Below are positions 26,946 through 40,106 of a stretch of 64,000 nt of DNA, piece after piece. Origin of the DNA: Eledone cirrhosa. Its lineage: Eukaryota. The stretch is taken from assembly GCA_964016885.1 (NCBI GenBank), contig CAXHJY010000604.1, positions 1 through 64,000 of the forward strand, read 5' to 3'. Under the pieces are notes generated by a model. That model was given only the letters and a program-made list of their open reading frames with translations, was not told the DNA's origin and did no database searches. Each line of letters opens with the position of its first letter. Position 1 is the stretch's first letter. Made by a program: the position numbers and the translations under genes.

Positions 26946-28210
26946 ATATATGCATGTGTGAGTGTCAGTTTATTGCATGATGAAGTTTGATGTAAGTGGT
27001 GTCATTTGTTCATGTACTGCACAAACAATTTGTCCTGTGGTGTAACAATCAACAAAGATATGTAATATATACTTATAAAATAAAATATGGGTTGATGTTA
27101 GGAATGACATCCAGCTATAGTAAAACTGCATCAAAAAGATTTGTCCAGTCCATGCCAGCATGGAAAGGCAGATGTAAAAATGATGATGATGATATAATAT
27201 TCTGGAGTTGATCATGTATCCACTAGGAGTGAATAGCATAATAATTTTCATTGAATGAATACATTGTAGAATGTGAGGATAGATATTAGGTCAATTTTTC
27301 TAAGACAGGATATAATCATTTGAATTAATTTCAATGTATTAAGTCATCTTTTGGCTGCAGTAGCTGATGGTCACAATCGTCTTCTGTCCATTGCAGCATT
27401 TGTAATCTATTGTGGTCTTGTGAGTAGCTCTTGTGGTCTCATGGATGGGTGAGTAGCTCTGGCTTCACCCATAAACAGTTCTAGTTTCATAGTTGGGTGA
27501 TTACTTCTGGTTATTGTTGGAATTTGAATCCATAGCAGAATTGAACTTAGAACACAAAATGCTGGAAGAAATACTGTGGGACATATCGGCTGATGGTCTA
27601 ACAGTTCTGCCAGTCCATTGCCATGGATTGGTATTTTATTTTATCAACTTCGAATGGATAAAAGTTTTATTTAACCTGAGTAGGATTTGAACTCAGTACG
27701 CAGAAAGCAGGATCAAATAGCACAAGATGTTCTATCTGATGCTGTAATGCCTCTCAATTCACGACCTTATTAACAGTACTTGCTAGATGAGAAAATGTAG
27801 AGAGAGAGAGCATAACTCTAAGACATTCTATGTGTCTGTTTATTAGTCTCCCTAACTTATACTGCAATGTTATAGCATATAAATCCATTTGTTCTTTTTA
27901 TGTGAGAAGATTTGGTTTCAGCAGTGTAGCTCATCAAATTGCCCAACCCAACAAGCGAAGTCTCTATACAGCCATTCAGCTTACTAGAAATAGCAACCAA
28001 ATCTCATTCAAAATCCCCTGATTGTCTTAAAGAAAGATGAATAATGTATTCAAAAATGTCCACATGAATGTACAACCTGCCCCCACAAAAACATCAACAA
28101 CAGGATAATTAAGACTGGTACATCTTTGATATAGTTCTGCTTAATTAAGGCTATTCTGATGCTAAACAACAATAATAACTGAACTTCTCATCAATTTCCA
28201 GTTTGGTGAT

Positions 28211-28211
<1 letters not shown>

Positions 28212-28288
<77 letters not shown>

Positions 28289-28355
28289 CATACATACATA
28301 CATACATACATAAATACATACATACACACATGTACATGCACACATATACACACAT
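28212..28355. repeat. Compound (CT)n(TA)n(TACA)n microsatellite
   Basis: Directly visible. Confidence 0.95.
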
Positions 28356-28707
28356 AGTATTAACAATCAGGCTGTGAGATTGAGGAGGTCAAGTTATTAC
28401 TCTCCTAACTTTTTATGCCTATGATAAAAAGAGCGATCAGGTCTTTTTTTTAATTAGTAAAATTAAGATATCATTTTCAAAAGAAATATAAGAAAAACCA
28501 TTATAATTGAAAAATATTCAAACCATTTTTGCTTTTAGTAATTTCAAAATATAAAATCATATCTTTTGTGTGATTGTCTCCTCATTTAAGCATGTATTCC
28601 ATCGTTATAGGATTTTTGAAATTTTTTGTATTGGGATAGGCACCAAGGTGTATGTGACATCCTTCCTAGAATTGTTTTAGCATTTTGTTTATATTGCTAA
28701 TAATATA

Positions 28708-28891
28708 TTGTTTCTACTTTTGGCACAAGGCCAGCAATTACCCAGTACATTACTGGTACTTTATTTTATCGACTCCTGTAAGGATGAAAGGCAAAGTTAA
28801 CCTCGACGGGATTTGAACTCAGACCGTAAAGGGACGTAACTATGCTGGAAAACATGGTGTCCGACCTTCTACCGATACTGCCAATCCACTG
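28708..28891 (-). mobile_element. tRNA-derived SINE, family 1, full length
   Basis: Reverse complement closely matches 44072-44256. Confidence 0.9.
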
Positions 28892-29149
28892 TCATATATA
28901 AACATGAACATTACAACTTCATTCCATCATTTTCTATAAATCTGTAAGCAAGCCAGACAAAAGCGGGTAAGCCAGTTGACATGAGTCATTGTAAAGGGGT
29001 GGTCAACTTTTCACAACTTTTAGTTATTTTAAGTCCTTTAGTTCATCATGTACATTAAACATACATGTCTATACCCATAACCCAATCATAAATCCTATTA
29101 TTTAACACTGATTACTAAAATACTTAATGGGCAATTTGGAGGCTGAGTG

Positions 29150-29582
29150 CACAGCTTTGGAGGGTAATTTGGGGTTACATTTTACACTTGACTTAGGTCT
29201 TTTACCAGCTTTAGAGAGTAATATGGAGCCCCACACCACATTCTAAAGCTGGTAATAAGCCCAGGCCAGATGTAAAATGTAGGCCCCACATTACCCTCGG
29301 TAAAATCTTACATCTGACCTATAGGTGGGGCCTATTTTACATCTGGCTTGGGCTTATTATCAGCTTTGGATGGTGGAGTGGTACTACATTTTAATCTGAC
29401 CTATGTCTTTCACCAGCTTTGGAGATTGAGGTGGGGGGGCTATATTTTACATCTGGCCTGTGTCTATTAACAACTTTGGAGGTTGTTAGGGGCTACATTT
29501 TGCATCAGGCCTTGGCTTATTACCAGCTTTGAAGGGTGTGGACTACATTTTACATTTAGCATGGGCCTATTTCCAGCTTTGC
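29150..29582. repeat. Minisatellite with a unit of about 58 bp and one inverted unit
   Basis: Repeating TACATTTTACATCTGGC.TGGGCTTATTACCAGCTTTGGA; 29242-29298 is the reverse complement. Confidence 0.8.
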
Positions 29583-30789
29583 TCTGGTTTGTCTGCAAGA
29601 AAATATTTTTGTTTTCTAATATATGTTACTACTGTTACATGTGAACACCAAGCAATGATTATCTTCAGATAGAATTTCATTTTTCTCTCTCTCCCCTTCT
29701 TCTCTTCTTTCTCGATATTAATTACAGCTCTTTACCAGACACATGCTCCACATAGCTAAACTTATTGAAAGAGAATCTCTTTCATTTCAAAATGAAGAAA
29801 AAAAAAAAAAAAGATGTTTTCACTCTTGGGGTGAAAATCAAACCTTTTAAATAGTACAACTTTGATCACCCATATTTTTTTTAAATTTATACCAACTGCC
29901 TTTGGTATTTTTTTACTGGGACTTGCCTACACCACTCTACAGAGGAAAACCTATTTGCTTGTAAAAGCTTTTCTCACAGAAACTCATTAATTTCAGGTTC
30001 ACTGAGGAACTGTGTTTTTTTTTCTTTTTTCTGTAAGTTCTAAAATAGATTTTGCCCCACATAATACATAAATTGTTCCTTTGTATTTATCAACCCACTT
30101 CTTATTACTATGTTTCTCTGTTAATACTTATATGTATGTATATTATCTCTACCAAAAAGCTAATTGGTTCTCTCAAAATATTAACTAATTGGTTACTTTT
30201 TCTGCTTGAAATATATAGAAGTTCAAGAATTTTTCTTTTAAATTTCTTTTGTAGGCCAAGGATGCCGGCATGGCTGCATGGTTAAGCAGTTTACTTTGCA
30301 ATCATGAGGCTCCTGGTTTAGTTGCAGTGTAGGCCATCTTGGTGAGGTGTTGGGTTGACTCTAGTTGTCTTCATCAACATTATCATCACTTGACGTCCAT
30401 TTTTCCAGCATAGGTTAAACGGGTTTTCCTGTTTGAGGCAGGTGGGTCAGGTGACCATGTCTTGCTCGGATAGGTGAACTTACCATAGACTTAGATCACC
30501 TCAATCCATCATGGACAGGTGTATTTACAATAGGAGGGATGGAATCTGTTTTAGAAGTCTGTTGGATATAAATGAACGTTACCACCTGGTAGTGTCAAAT
30601 GCAAAGAGATGCTCACACACATGACAGGTTCCTTACAATTATTGCCACCAAATTTACCTATAAAGCATTGGTCACTTTTCCAAGTTGCTATACAGAGGGA
30701 TAGAACCTGAAACCATGTGAATTCCGGTACAATAAAATAAAATCTGTGTGATTTAAAGTTACGGCAGAACCGAGCACCACCACTATCAT

Positions 30790-32160
30790 CATCGTTGTTT
30801 TATGTCTACTTTTCTATGCTTGCATGTGGTGAACAGGTCTTTTCCAGCATCTCTCCACTCATCGTGGTCCTTCGCCAACTTGACTGTGAGATCAATGATT
30901 TGAAAACCAACTTTCACAAACTCTGCCCAAGCCTTCTTTGGTCTCCCACTACTGTAGCTCCTTTCCACTGGGATTTCTTAGCACTTCTTCATCCAGCAAT
31001 CATCTATATATATAAAACTGAGGATGTCTGTCTGTGTGTGTGTGAGTTTGAATCCCTAAAACTCGAGAACCACCCAACCGACTGTTTTCAAACTTTACAC
31101 ATGTAATACTTATGTTTCAGGGAGTGTTCTGAGCAAAAAAAAAATTTCAAATTTTCAAAGCCCTAGGGACCGCATTAGGCGATTTAGCAATCTCTCTCTA
31201 TAATTCTTAGTCTTTCTCTTTTTAGATAGATGCATACATATAACGTCGCGCCCTTATAATATTTGTCTATGTCTGAATGTCTGCATTACATCACTTCCCT
31301 GAGGATGTCTGTCTCTGTGTCTGTGAGTTTAATCCCTAAAACTCGAGAAGTACCCAACCGATTTTTTTCAAACTTTACATGTGTATTACTTATGTTTCAT
31401 GGAGTGTTATGCACATAAAAAAATTTTTTTGAACTCCTTGGGCCCGCATTAGGTGAAAAACTGCGTTTTTTAAGGTTTGTAGGGGTTTTTTGAGGCGTTA
31501 CGTCAGACCGATTTCCTTGAAATTGTAACTATGTATTAGTCAGTCTCTTCTTCATACCGTGAGCAAAGAAAATCCAACTTTTTTATGGCCTAGGTGAAAA
31601 ACTTCATTTTTTTCAGCTTTTTAGGGCGATTTGGAGTCGTTACGTCTAGCCGATTTTTCCCGAAATTTCAAGGCATATTATGCACATAAAAAAAAATTCA
31701 TTTTCTTGATCCCTTAGGGCCCGCATTAGGTGAAAATCTGCATCTTTCCTGCTTCATTGAGGAAAATCTTAAAGATTATCCAGCCATCAGAGTATTGTTT
31801 ATTTTCTTTATATATTGTCCAGGCATGCAGTTTTTCCACGATTAGGTTTTTGTTCCAAAATACCTTATCCCGTGCAACGCCGGGTACCACTGCTAGTCAT
31901 CTATAAACATCACATGGCCAAACTTCCCTCCTGCACACTATATCTGATTCCTCTTATATATAGCTTTTCTCGTAGCTGATCCATTTTTGTCATTCACACT
32001 CATTGTCCATCAGAGCATACTTGCTTCATTTCTCTTTTGCTTTTACATATCCTCTGCATTTATTGCCCATGTCTGGCTACCATGCAACATTGCATTTCAC
32101 ACAGACATTATAAAACTGCTCTTTCTTTCATAGGGAGAAACTTTTTCCATCCTGTTCTTA
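30790..32160 (-). mobile_element. Decayed RTE LINE 3' portion interrupted by a Helitron
   Basis: Minus strand shows MLHGSQTWA and GHVM..DDDCWMKKC remnants, continuous across the Helitron. Confidence 0.75.
31003..31896 (+). mobile_element. Non-autonomous Helitron
   Basis: TC..hairpin-CTAG termini, inserted at A|T without a TSD; sister of 18743-19561. Confidence 0.92.
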
Positions 32161-32314
32161 TCCTAATTATTATGCTCTCTAGGATTGAAAAACATTTATT
32201 TTACTGATATTCTTGCTTCTAACTATCCCTGTGTATCTGCCACATATGAAGTTTGCCTTTTCTATTAGTTTGCCTACACAGGGTATTTAATCCATCTTGC
32301 TACCTTTTCTGTCA

Positions 32315-32960
32315 ATGATTGCCTTCCTTTTTCTTATTCGGCCTCTTATTCCTGAGAAGGTTGTGGGGGCAGAGTCCTCAAACACTTCTTCCAGTGGTTC
32401 CTGTCAGAAGCAACTGTCTCCAACTGATCTGGCTGGATCCCTAAGCAAGACCAGCCAAGCTCATGGATATTATCCAACCATCATGCTCGGGGTTTACCTC
32501 TGGGTCTCCTGCCAGCTGGATTGGCCAGTAAAATCTATCCAATGATTCTTTCCTGAGACATACTAACCACATGCCCAAAGTATCGGAGTTGTGATCTCTC
32601 AATTTGGAGTAGTGGCTCTATCTGGAGTGACCTTCTGATCTCCAAGCTATGCACTCTATCAAGTAACATTACTCCAAAGACCCCGTGGAGGAATCCCATT
32701 TTGGCCGCTTGTATTCACTATTGTAGTCTTTCAGTCATTACTCAAGATTCATGACCATAGGGAAGGTTTGGCACAAAAACCAAATTAAAGATAGCAAATT
32801 TGGTTTTTACACCTACTTATGATTACCGAATGCTGAAGCTGGCACATTACTGCACCAGCTCCTGCAATTCTTGCACTTAATTGAGCCTGGACCCAGAGAT
32901 ACTTGAACTTCTTTCCTGCTTCAGTGGAACTCCATTCACATGTAGAGTGCCGTGCACAGG
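32315..32960 (-). mobile_element. Second RTE-like LINE family, 3' fragment (relatives 42920-43345, 44580-44925, 60640-60840)
   Basis: Family peptide remnants such as SSEIRESLQVEPLLLQIERSQL.Y..HV.RM and PTGRRP; shared CTGTCAGAAGCAAC block. Confidence 0.8.
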
Positions 32961-33599
32961 CTTCCTTGAGAGGACAAGTGTCTCAGGTTTCTCCCTTAAA
33001 TATTGAAATGATTCCCAGTTCTTCTTTCTTTCTTTCTTTCTCTTCTTTCTTTCTCTTTCTTTCACCTCCTCCTCCTCCCACATATTCCTGAGAGGGTCAT
33101 GTAGGTAGAGTATTTAGTTTCCAGCTGATCTCTAAATAGCTCAATGGATTGATGTTTTCAAAATCCTCACCAAAATCTTGCTGTTCATAAATTTTTTTTT
33201 TTTCTGACCTCTAGAATCTACATTTTTCTGTAATTTATGGAATTATACATCTGAAATTGCAATAGATTATTTTTCAATTAAAATACTTTCATAATTGTTA
33301 ACAATAAATTCTTTCTCTTTCAATTTAATTGAAGTTATATATATATTTAATCTTTACATAAATATATAATATTATGAATGGTAAATTAGAACAAACTTAT
33401 TTCTATGTTCTGAGAGTGTAACTTTCTTGGGATTTAGTTTCATCACATCACATCTTTATATTTCAATATTAGAAGAGATATTCAGTAACTCATCTGTTCT
33501 CTCTCTCTTACTGAAATAGACTTCTGCACTGTGTTCTGTGCTATATGTATGTATATATATATATAATCTCATGTTCTTATCTTGCATCTCCCTCTGAAG

Positions 33600-34177
33600 A
33601 AATACGTAGTTGCAGTGAAGTGACTGACTACCTCAGTGGTTCGCTTCACCTGTTCCTTATCTTCTCTCCTTCTCCTACTCATCCCTCTCTCTCTCTCTCT
33701 CTCTCTGTAATATGCTGAAATTTTGGAAGCCATTCTTCCTCAACTGCAAACTCAACTCCAGCTAAAATCAGAAGTTGGCTATCCAGGCTGTTATATTCTG
33801 TCAATATCCACGATATTTTGATTTCGGTGAACATTTGGCCCAGCCTTTTTTCAGCTTTGTGAAGTTATTTTACTGTTAAAGACCAAACTGGAGAACAAAC
33901 TAGAATATCACTCATTTGCCGTGACTAATTTACTAGATCTGAAATAACTTACAAACTATTTTTTCAAAAATTTCTCGACCTATTTCTTAACTCTTCAGCC
34001 TTGGATAGCCAATTTCTGGATATTTATCCTCAACAACTCAACAAATACAGCTTGGAATTAGCTTGGCACTGGAGTTCCATATTCTCAGCATCTTACTTCT
34101 AAAAATAACTGCTTTTGAATCCTATCAAGTGATAGCACCTTGCTTTACTGAAAAGGGGATAGGAATTTGTAACCATG
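33600..34177 (+). other. Candidate first exon (5'UTR plus ATG) of tropomodulin; 5' boundary approximate
   Basis: ACCATG|GTAGGT at 34172-34183, with an in-frame TAG at 34160-34162 upstream. A phase-0 splice to 45959 gives ACCATGGTT (MVAATK...). The region looks non-repetitive and carries a (CT)n tract. Confidence 0.45.
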
Positions 34178-35182
34178 GTAGGTTGGAATTTCTCTTATTA
34201 TTCTTAGTTTTAATATCACTTCACTATACTTATTATTTCTGTATATCAGATATTTTTTTTATGAAGTAGTGTAGATGTTTAGTAAATTATTTTTAAAAAG
34301 TTGTTTATTTTAATAGTAATTTATAATAACTATTACTTCGTAGGTACATATTCACTTACTTTAACTGTACAGAACAAGTGTCAAATTACCTGTTATAAGC
34401 TACTTACTTTTTCTAGCTTCTGATGGTGTGTTAATCATATTCCTAATAAAACACACTGCTTATGATTTTCATATAATTTTGAAATAATGAAGAATTTGGA
34501 GGGGTTTAGTAATATAACTAACTTTCTCATTTAGATGATGTTTGGAACATGATTTAACAAAAGTTCTTACATGAAATGATAGTAGAAGATTTTTTAAAAA
34601 TATAAACACTTAAAAATAAACAACTCTGTGTCATAGAACCAGGAGCAGTTTTAGACAGTTTGGTATCAGAATTGTTTGTATTAGCTTTTGTACCTTATTT
34701 AAATGCTATATTCTGTTTGAACTTCTTCGTAAAGAATGTTGCATTGTTTGTAATTGTTAAACAAAAGAGAAATTGAAGATCTCGACTATCTAATTTTTAT
34801 AGGACATTTGTTTAACTAGAAATAGATAACAAGGACACTACCCCATTTAATTTGAGAACATGCTATAAATGTAGATTAGTGTTTGGTTTGTCTAGCATAA
34901 ATGTTGAAATATTGATTCTTTCAAAGATAAGTCTACACTACTTTAATCCAACATTCTAATTTCAAAGTTATGTTATCAACATTTACAGAATCAATTAGTG
35001 GTTTCAGGTAACATGTTTGGAATGTACTTAACAGCTCTCGTGTTTAGGAAAACATTTCTCTTGTTAATCTTTTGTGTAGAACGTTTTAAAGGTTTCTAAT
35101 AAAAATATTTCAGTATACTCTTTATAAATTTCTATCAAATCATTAGATAAGTTTTTACTTGTATATTAGATTTTTTCTGGAT

Positions 35183-35430
35183 CAGTGTTTCTTAAAGTAG
35201 GTTCTAAGGAAATCCAGGAGATAAAGTGTCATCAACATCATTTAATATCAGTTTCCCTGATAGCAAGGCTTGGACAGTTCTTAACATAAAATTATTATTA
35301 TTATTTTTAATACTAATAACTGCTCTTTCTAAAACAATTTCTGTTTCATTAAATGTTGTACTAAAATTAGAGATGAGACATTGTATAAAATACAGGTATC
35401 AGTTCCATGAAATAAGTTTGAGAACCACTG
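35183..35430. mobile_element. hAT (Charlie-like) MITE
   Basis: TIRs CAGTGTTTCTTAAAGTA / TAAGTTTGAGAACCACTG; 8-bp flanks TTCTGGAT and CTCTAGAT (nTCTAGAn-type target). Confidence 0.75.
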
Positions 35431-36984
35431 CTCTAGATTTTATTAAGATAGTGACTCTTTTGCCCCTTCCCACATACTAGACGCTGCAGAAAAGGTGGCA
35501 CCACATCCATACCCAAAGGGAATAACATTTTTAAATACCAAGAATTTTCTGCAAACAATTTTTTTCAACCTGTGGCATACAAGTTAATTGGGGGGAGCTA
35601 GATCATTGACAATGAGGTTCTTGTTATTGTTGATGGTTTGCCTTACTGACATTGAAAGGAAGCCCATGAGGGTGATTGGCTATTCCAGTGTCATAGCCAT
35701 GCTATCATCTACAGTAGTTCTGTGAGTGTGTTGACTTGCCTAAAAAATTATTAGAGGGAAATTCCAGTGCCCCTTTTTGTGGTGTGTGATTGAGTGTGTG
35801 GGTCTCTTCAACTTTTTTCTTCCTTTTTTTTTTTTTTGTATAAATTCTTTATAAACTTTGTTTCTGATGCTCCAAAAACAAAATAGAAAGCAACATCCAC
35901 CATAGATATTTCACTCATCAATAAGTTTATTTCATTTCAACATCTACTCAAAGTGCTGTATCTACTTTCTAACCATGTACCTAGTTCTACCTTATAGACT
36001 GCAATTTGGCAGTCATTAGAGTGTTGGATAGAATGCTTTGTAGTATTTGTTCCACCAGCTCTCTGTTCTCTGAGTTCAAATCCCACTGAGGTCAATTTTG
36101 CCTTTCATCCTTTCAAGGTCAATAAAAAAAAGTACCAGTCTAGTACTGGGGTTGATTCTTCCTCTATATCTCTTTCTCACTTCCTCCCTTTCATTCTCTA
36201 TCTTTCTCTGGAAGAAATTTGCTATGTTCAAACCTGGAGAGGAGATGGGCTCCACTAAGTTTTAAAATATTCAAGAAACACCCCTACAGTGGGTGTGGAC
36301 CCATAACTCCATCAGGAGTTATGGGTCCACACCCACCCACCTTACATACAGCTTCTATTAAAAATACTCCCACTTGTATATATAATACACCTTTAAACAG
36401 TGTAGTGTGAGGTTTTTGTTGTATGTTATATGCACAGGTGACTAAAATAACCAATTCGTTAAAACAGTGTGGCTTTAGACAAAACTCACCGAATCAATAA
36501 CAACAGCCAAGGAAGTTTTAGTTTTAATATTTATAAAAACTTAGTTCTCTAGTGCAATGCTTCATAAAGGATGTTCCAAGGAACCTGAGATTTTTCTAAA
36601 GAATATTCTGGAGTCCTAAGGTGTTTTTATATAATTTTTTCTATCTAAATAACTCTCTCTTAAACAATTTTTGTTTCATTTAACCCTCTTTATGATCATT
36701 TAATGTCTGTTTTTCCTGCTAGTAAGGATTGGATGGTTTACTTCAGACTGTCAGTACTCAGTCCGAGCCTATCCTTCTCTAAGCTATGTAACCAGAGGAC
36801 TAACTGGAATTTGGCACTGCAAACTACCAAGACATCAACTTTAAGAGTGCTCATTTGCATACAGCTGTGAACTAGCTACCTCTACCAGCCTGTTGTACCT
36901 ATTTATGGCTAAGTGAATAACTAGACTGTTGAAAGATGTCACCATGTCTATGAGACAGGTGTTAATATATAAATAATTATCTTA

Positions 36985-37497
36985 TTTCATCTGATGCCTT
37001 CTAGTCCACCATTTTATATCTGTTCTGATGTCTCCTCAGCCACCACTACCACCTTATCATAACTTATCTGATGTCTCCCAGTCCACCACCTCCTATCATA
37101 TCTGATCTGATGTCTGCTTGACCACCACCACCACCTTACCATATCTGACCTGATGTCTCCCAGTCCACCAGCCCCTTATATCTGATCTGCTGTCTCTTTG
37201 ACCACCACCACCACCACCTTATCATATCTGACCTGATGTCTTCTAGTCCATGATCACCACCTTATCATATCTGATCTGCTGTCTCTTTGACCACCACCAC
37301 CACCACCACCATACCATATCTGATCTGATGTCTTCTAGTCCATCCATGATCACCACCTTATCATATCTGATCTGCTGTTTCATAGTCCATGACAAACACC
37401 ACCACCTTATATCATCTGATCTGATATCTCCTAGTCTACCACCACCCTGTATCATCTGATCTGCTGTCTCCTAGTCCACCACCTTGTCATCTACTGT
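36985..37497. repeat. Minisatellite, unit about 35-45 bp (TCATATCTGATCTGATGTCTCCCAGT(CCA)nCCTTA)
   Basis: About 13 degenerate units with a variable (CCA)n run. Confidence 0.9.
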
Positions 37498-37750
37498 CTC
37501 TTGTACAAAGAGACTAAAAGAATGTTTTTCACATTTGTTTGCTTTTTCAGAGTAAGGCTTATTGACTGTAGTTATACATACATTAAATTTAGCTTGTATT
37601 TTCTATCAATTTTATCTCAAATTTCGACAAAGAGAAGTGTATATAGACTGCTCCTTTCTGATTGATTTTTAAACTTTAAATAATGTAACTTAATTTAGTT
37701 GAGAACATTGGGGTAACTTAGCATTAATAGTGGTATCATTAATACTACTA

Positions 37751-39659
37751 CCGTGTTTCCCCCATTATAAGCCACCCCCGAAAATAAGCCGTAGCACTAT
37801 ATTTCAGGATGGATTTAATATAAGCCATGCCCCGAAAATAAGCCAGAGCAAAAATGAACGGCAAAAGAAAAAAATGGCCAACCATGAAAATTGGCGTAAT
37901 CAGCCATTATAGAACAGGATTGTATCTTAATGTAAAACTAACTGGGTGTATAAGAAGTTTGTGGAGTGCGCGGAAGTGAAAAAAAATCGATAATGAAATT
38001 TACAAAAGGAAAGGGGGAAGTGCGTGCAATCAATATTGCGTATGCAAATGCAGGTACAAACCGGAAGTAATGGCTCATCAGTAACTTCAGGGGAGAAGAT
38101 CATTTTCAGCCCTAGACAAGATGAAAGGAAGGAAGAGTTATACAATCGAGTACAAGAAAGGAATTGTGGAGGAATCACTGGGAAAGAATGTTACTATTTT
38201 CTGCAAAGAAAAGAATCTGGATCTCCGAATGGTTAAAAGATGGAGAATGGACTATGATAAACTCAGTCAGGGCATGGCCGAGGGAAAAGCAAAGAAACGT
38301 AAGCATGGATCTGGTCGATAACCGATATTTCTTGAGCTGGAAGACATCATCTGTGAATGGATCGCTGAAAGAAGAGCCAGAGTTTTGGTTGTTCACAGGG
38401 CTGATATTCAAACATTTGCCCTTAAAATGCACTAGAGTTTGGTATAGTTCCAGAAGAATTCAAAGCATCCAAACACTGGCTGGATAATTTCCTTCAGCGA
38501 CACAAATTTTCTCTGAGAAGATCGACAACACAGATTATTAAACGTGCACTCGCATTTAAGTCTTTTGTTGATGGAATAGACTTTTCTAACTACCATCTCT
38601 CCAACATGATTGCTATGGATGAAACAGCAGTATTCATGGGTCAAAGCTCTCAATTTACAATTGACCAAAGGGGTGCGTCATCAATTTACATTCCATCCAC
38701 TGGTTACGAAAGTGCACGAGTTACGTGTATCTTGGCAATTTGTCTCAAAGGAAGCAAAGTCCCACCTCTAATCATCACTAAAGGCAAGAAAGATAAAATT
38801 GAACGTGTTTCAGGTATCTGTGTTCTGGAAACTGAAAAGGCGCGGTGCACACAGGCAGTTTTAAGGAAGTGTGTCGATTTCATGCTGCCATTGATTTTGC
38901 ATGGAACCCAAAGAGGTCTCATAGTCTGGGATTCAGCCAGCACGCACCGCGCCAAAGATATGAAGAACTTTCTTGCAGAAAGAAGAATCGATCAAATCAT
39001 GATTCCCGCAGGAATGACCGCCTATCTCCAGACTCTTGACATCGCACTGAATAAACCATTCAAGGACCATCTGCGCATGGAAATAAATGACTACATCGAA
39101 AACAGAATGGCGAGAAATGAGCTGGGAACTTTCGTGAAGCCCATCCTTCAAGAGATCGTGACTTGGGTGGGAAATTCATGGAACAAAATCACAGATAGCT
39201 GTGTCATGAATGCACTACGAGCAGGCTATCTGGATAAGAACTCTCTATTCAATTCAACCTCTATCGCTCAACATGAAAGACTAGGGACAAAAATTCTGCA
39301 GGCAATTGAGTCACAAGAAAATTCCACAGGAATCATTGAATCCACTGATTTGGAAAAAATGACATTCCAGAGCAGGATGACATGATTATTTTTGAATAAA
39401 TTAGTGGATTATTTCGCTCATGAGTTTTTGCATTAAAGGGTGTGTTAATTTTTAATAAATTTGATCTTCCAAGTAAACGTTACGCGTAAATGCCGATTGT
39501 TTTTTTTCGTAATTTCCAATCATTTAGCGAATTTGTAATTTTCAGTTTCGTAGTGACGTTTTTTCGGTATATGAACCCCCTCCCCCGAAAATAAGCCGTA
39601 GTGGTACATTTCGGAGTAAAAATTGATATAAGCCATGGCTTATAATCGGGGAAACACGG
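37751..39659 (+). mobile_element. Full-length pogo-superfamily (Tc2/Passer-like, DD35D) DNA transposon
   Basis: TIRs CCGTGTTTCCCCCATTATAAGCCA / TGGCTTATAATCGGGGAAACACGG, TA on both sides, subterminal CCCCGAAAATAAGCC repeats, internal transposase. Confidence 0.95.
38121..39399 (+). pseudogene. Disabled pogo-type transposase (Brinker-like DBD, CENP-B/Tc5 HTH, DDE_1)
   Basis: RKSYTIEYK; TAA at 38319-38321; LEDIICEWI; frameshift near 38430; FKASKHWLDNFLQRH; MDET..WDS-35 aa-D (QTLD); terminal frameshift before DIPEQDDMIIFE*. Confidence 0.92.
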
Positions 39660-40106
39660 TAGTAGTTCTTTTTCTTTTCAAATTTCTGAATGCATATTCA
39701 AAATGTCACACATGCATATACACACCCAAACACACGTGCATGTGCATGCACAAACACACAGGTATGCATGCACACACTTTTCTGTTTCCATTAACAGCTG
39801 TACACATAATAAACACCTTTTGTTTACATAAAAAAAGCTTTATTTCTATATATTTCTATCATCTGAACTAAATGACATCAGTTTTTTTATTGGTCAATAT
39901 GGATTCTAAATTTTCTATAAAATATGTAATTCAGTCACTAAATATTATTATATTTATACAACAATGCAGATATATAACTAAATATATTAATTTTAGTATT
40001 TTACTGTTTGATTTATTCTGTTCCAATTAATATCCATATGGGCAAGCTGGTATTTTGATAAGCATCTGCTGTTCTTCTATATTTATAGATTAACACTTTT
40101 GATACC

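Noticed and set aside
37243-37459. His-rich and Trp-rich small ORFs
   Set aside because: Products of the (CCA)n-containing minisatellite.
38606-39385. Domesticated POGK-like host gene
   Set aside because: Flanked by intact TIRs and TSD, with an upstream nonsense codon and frameshifts.
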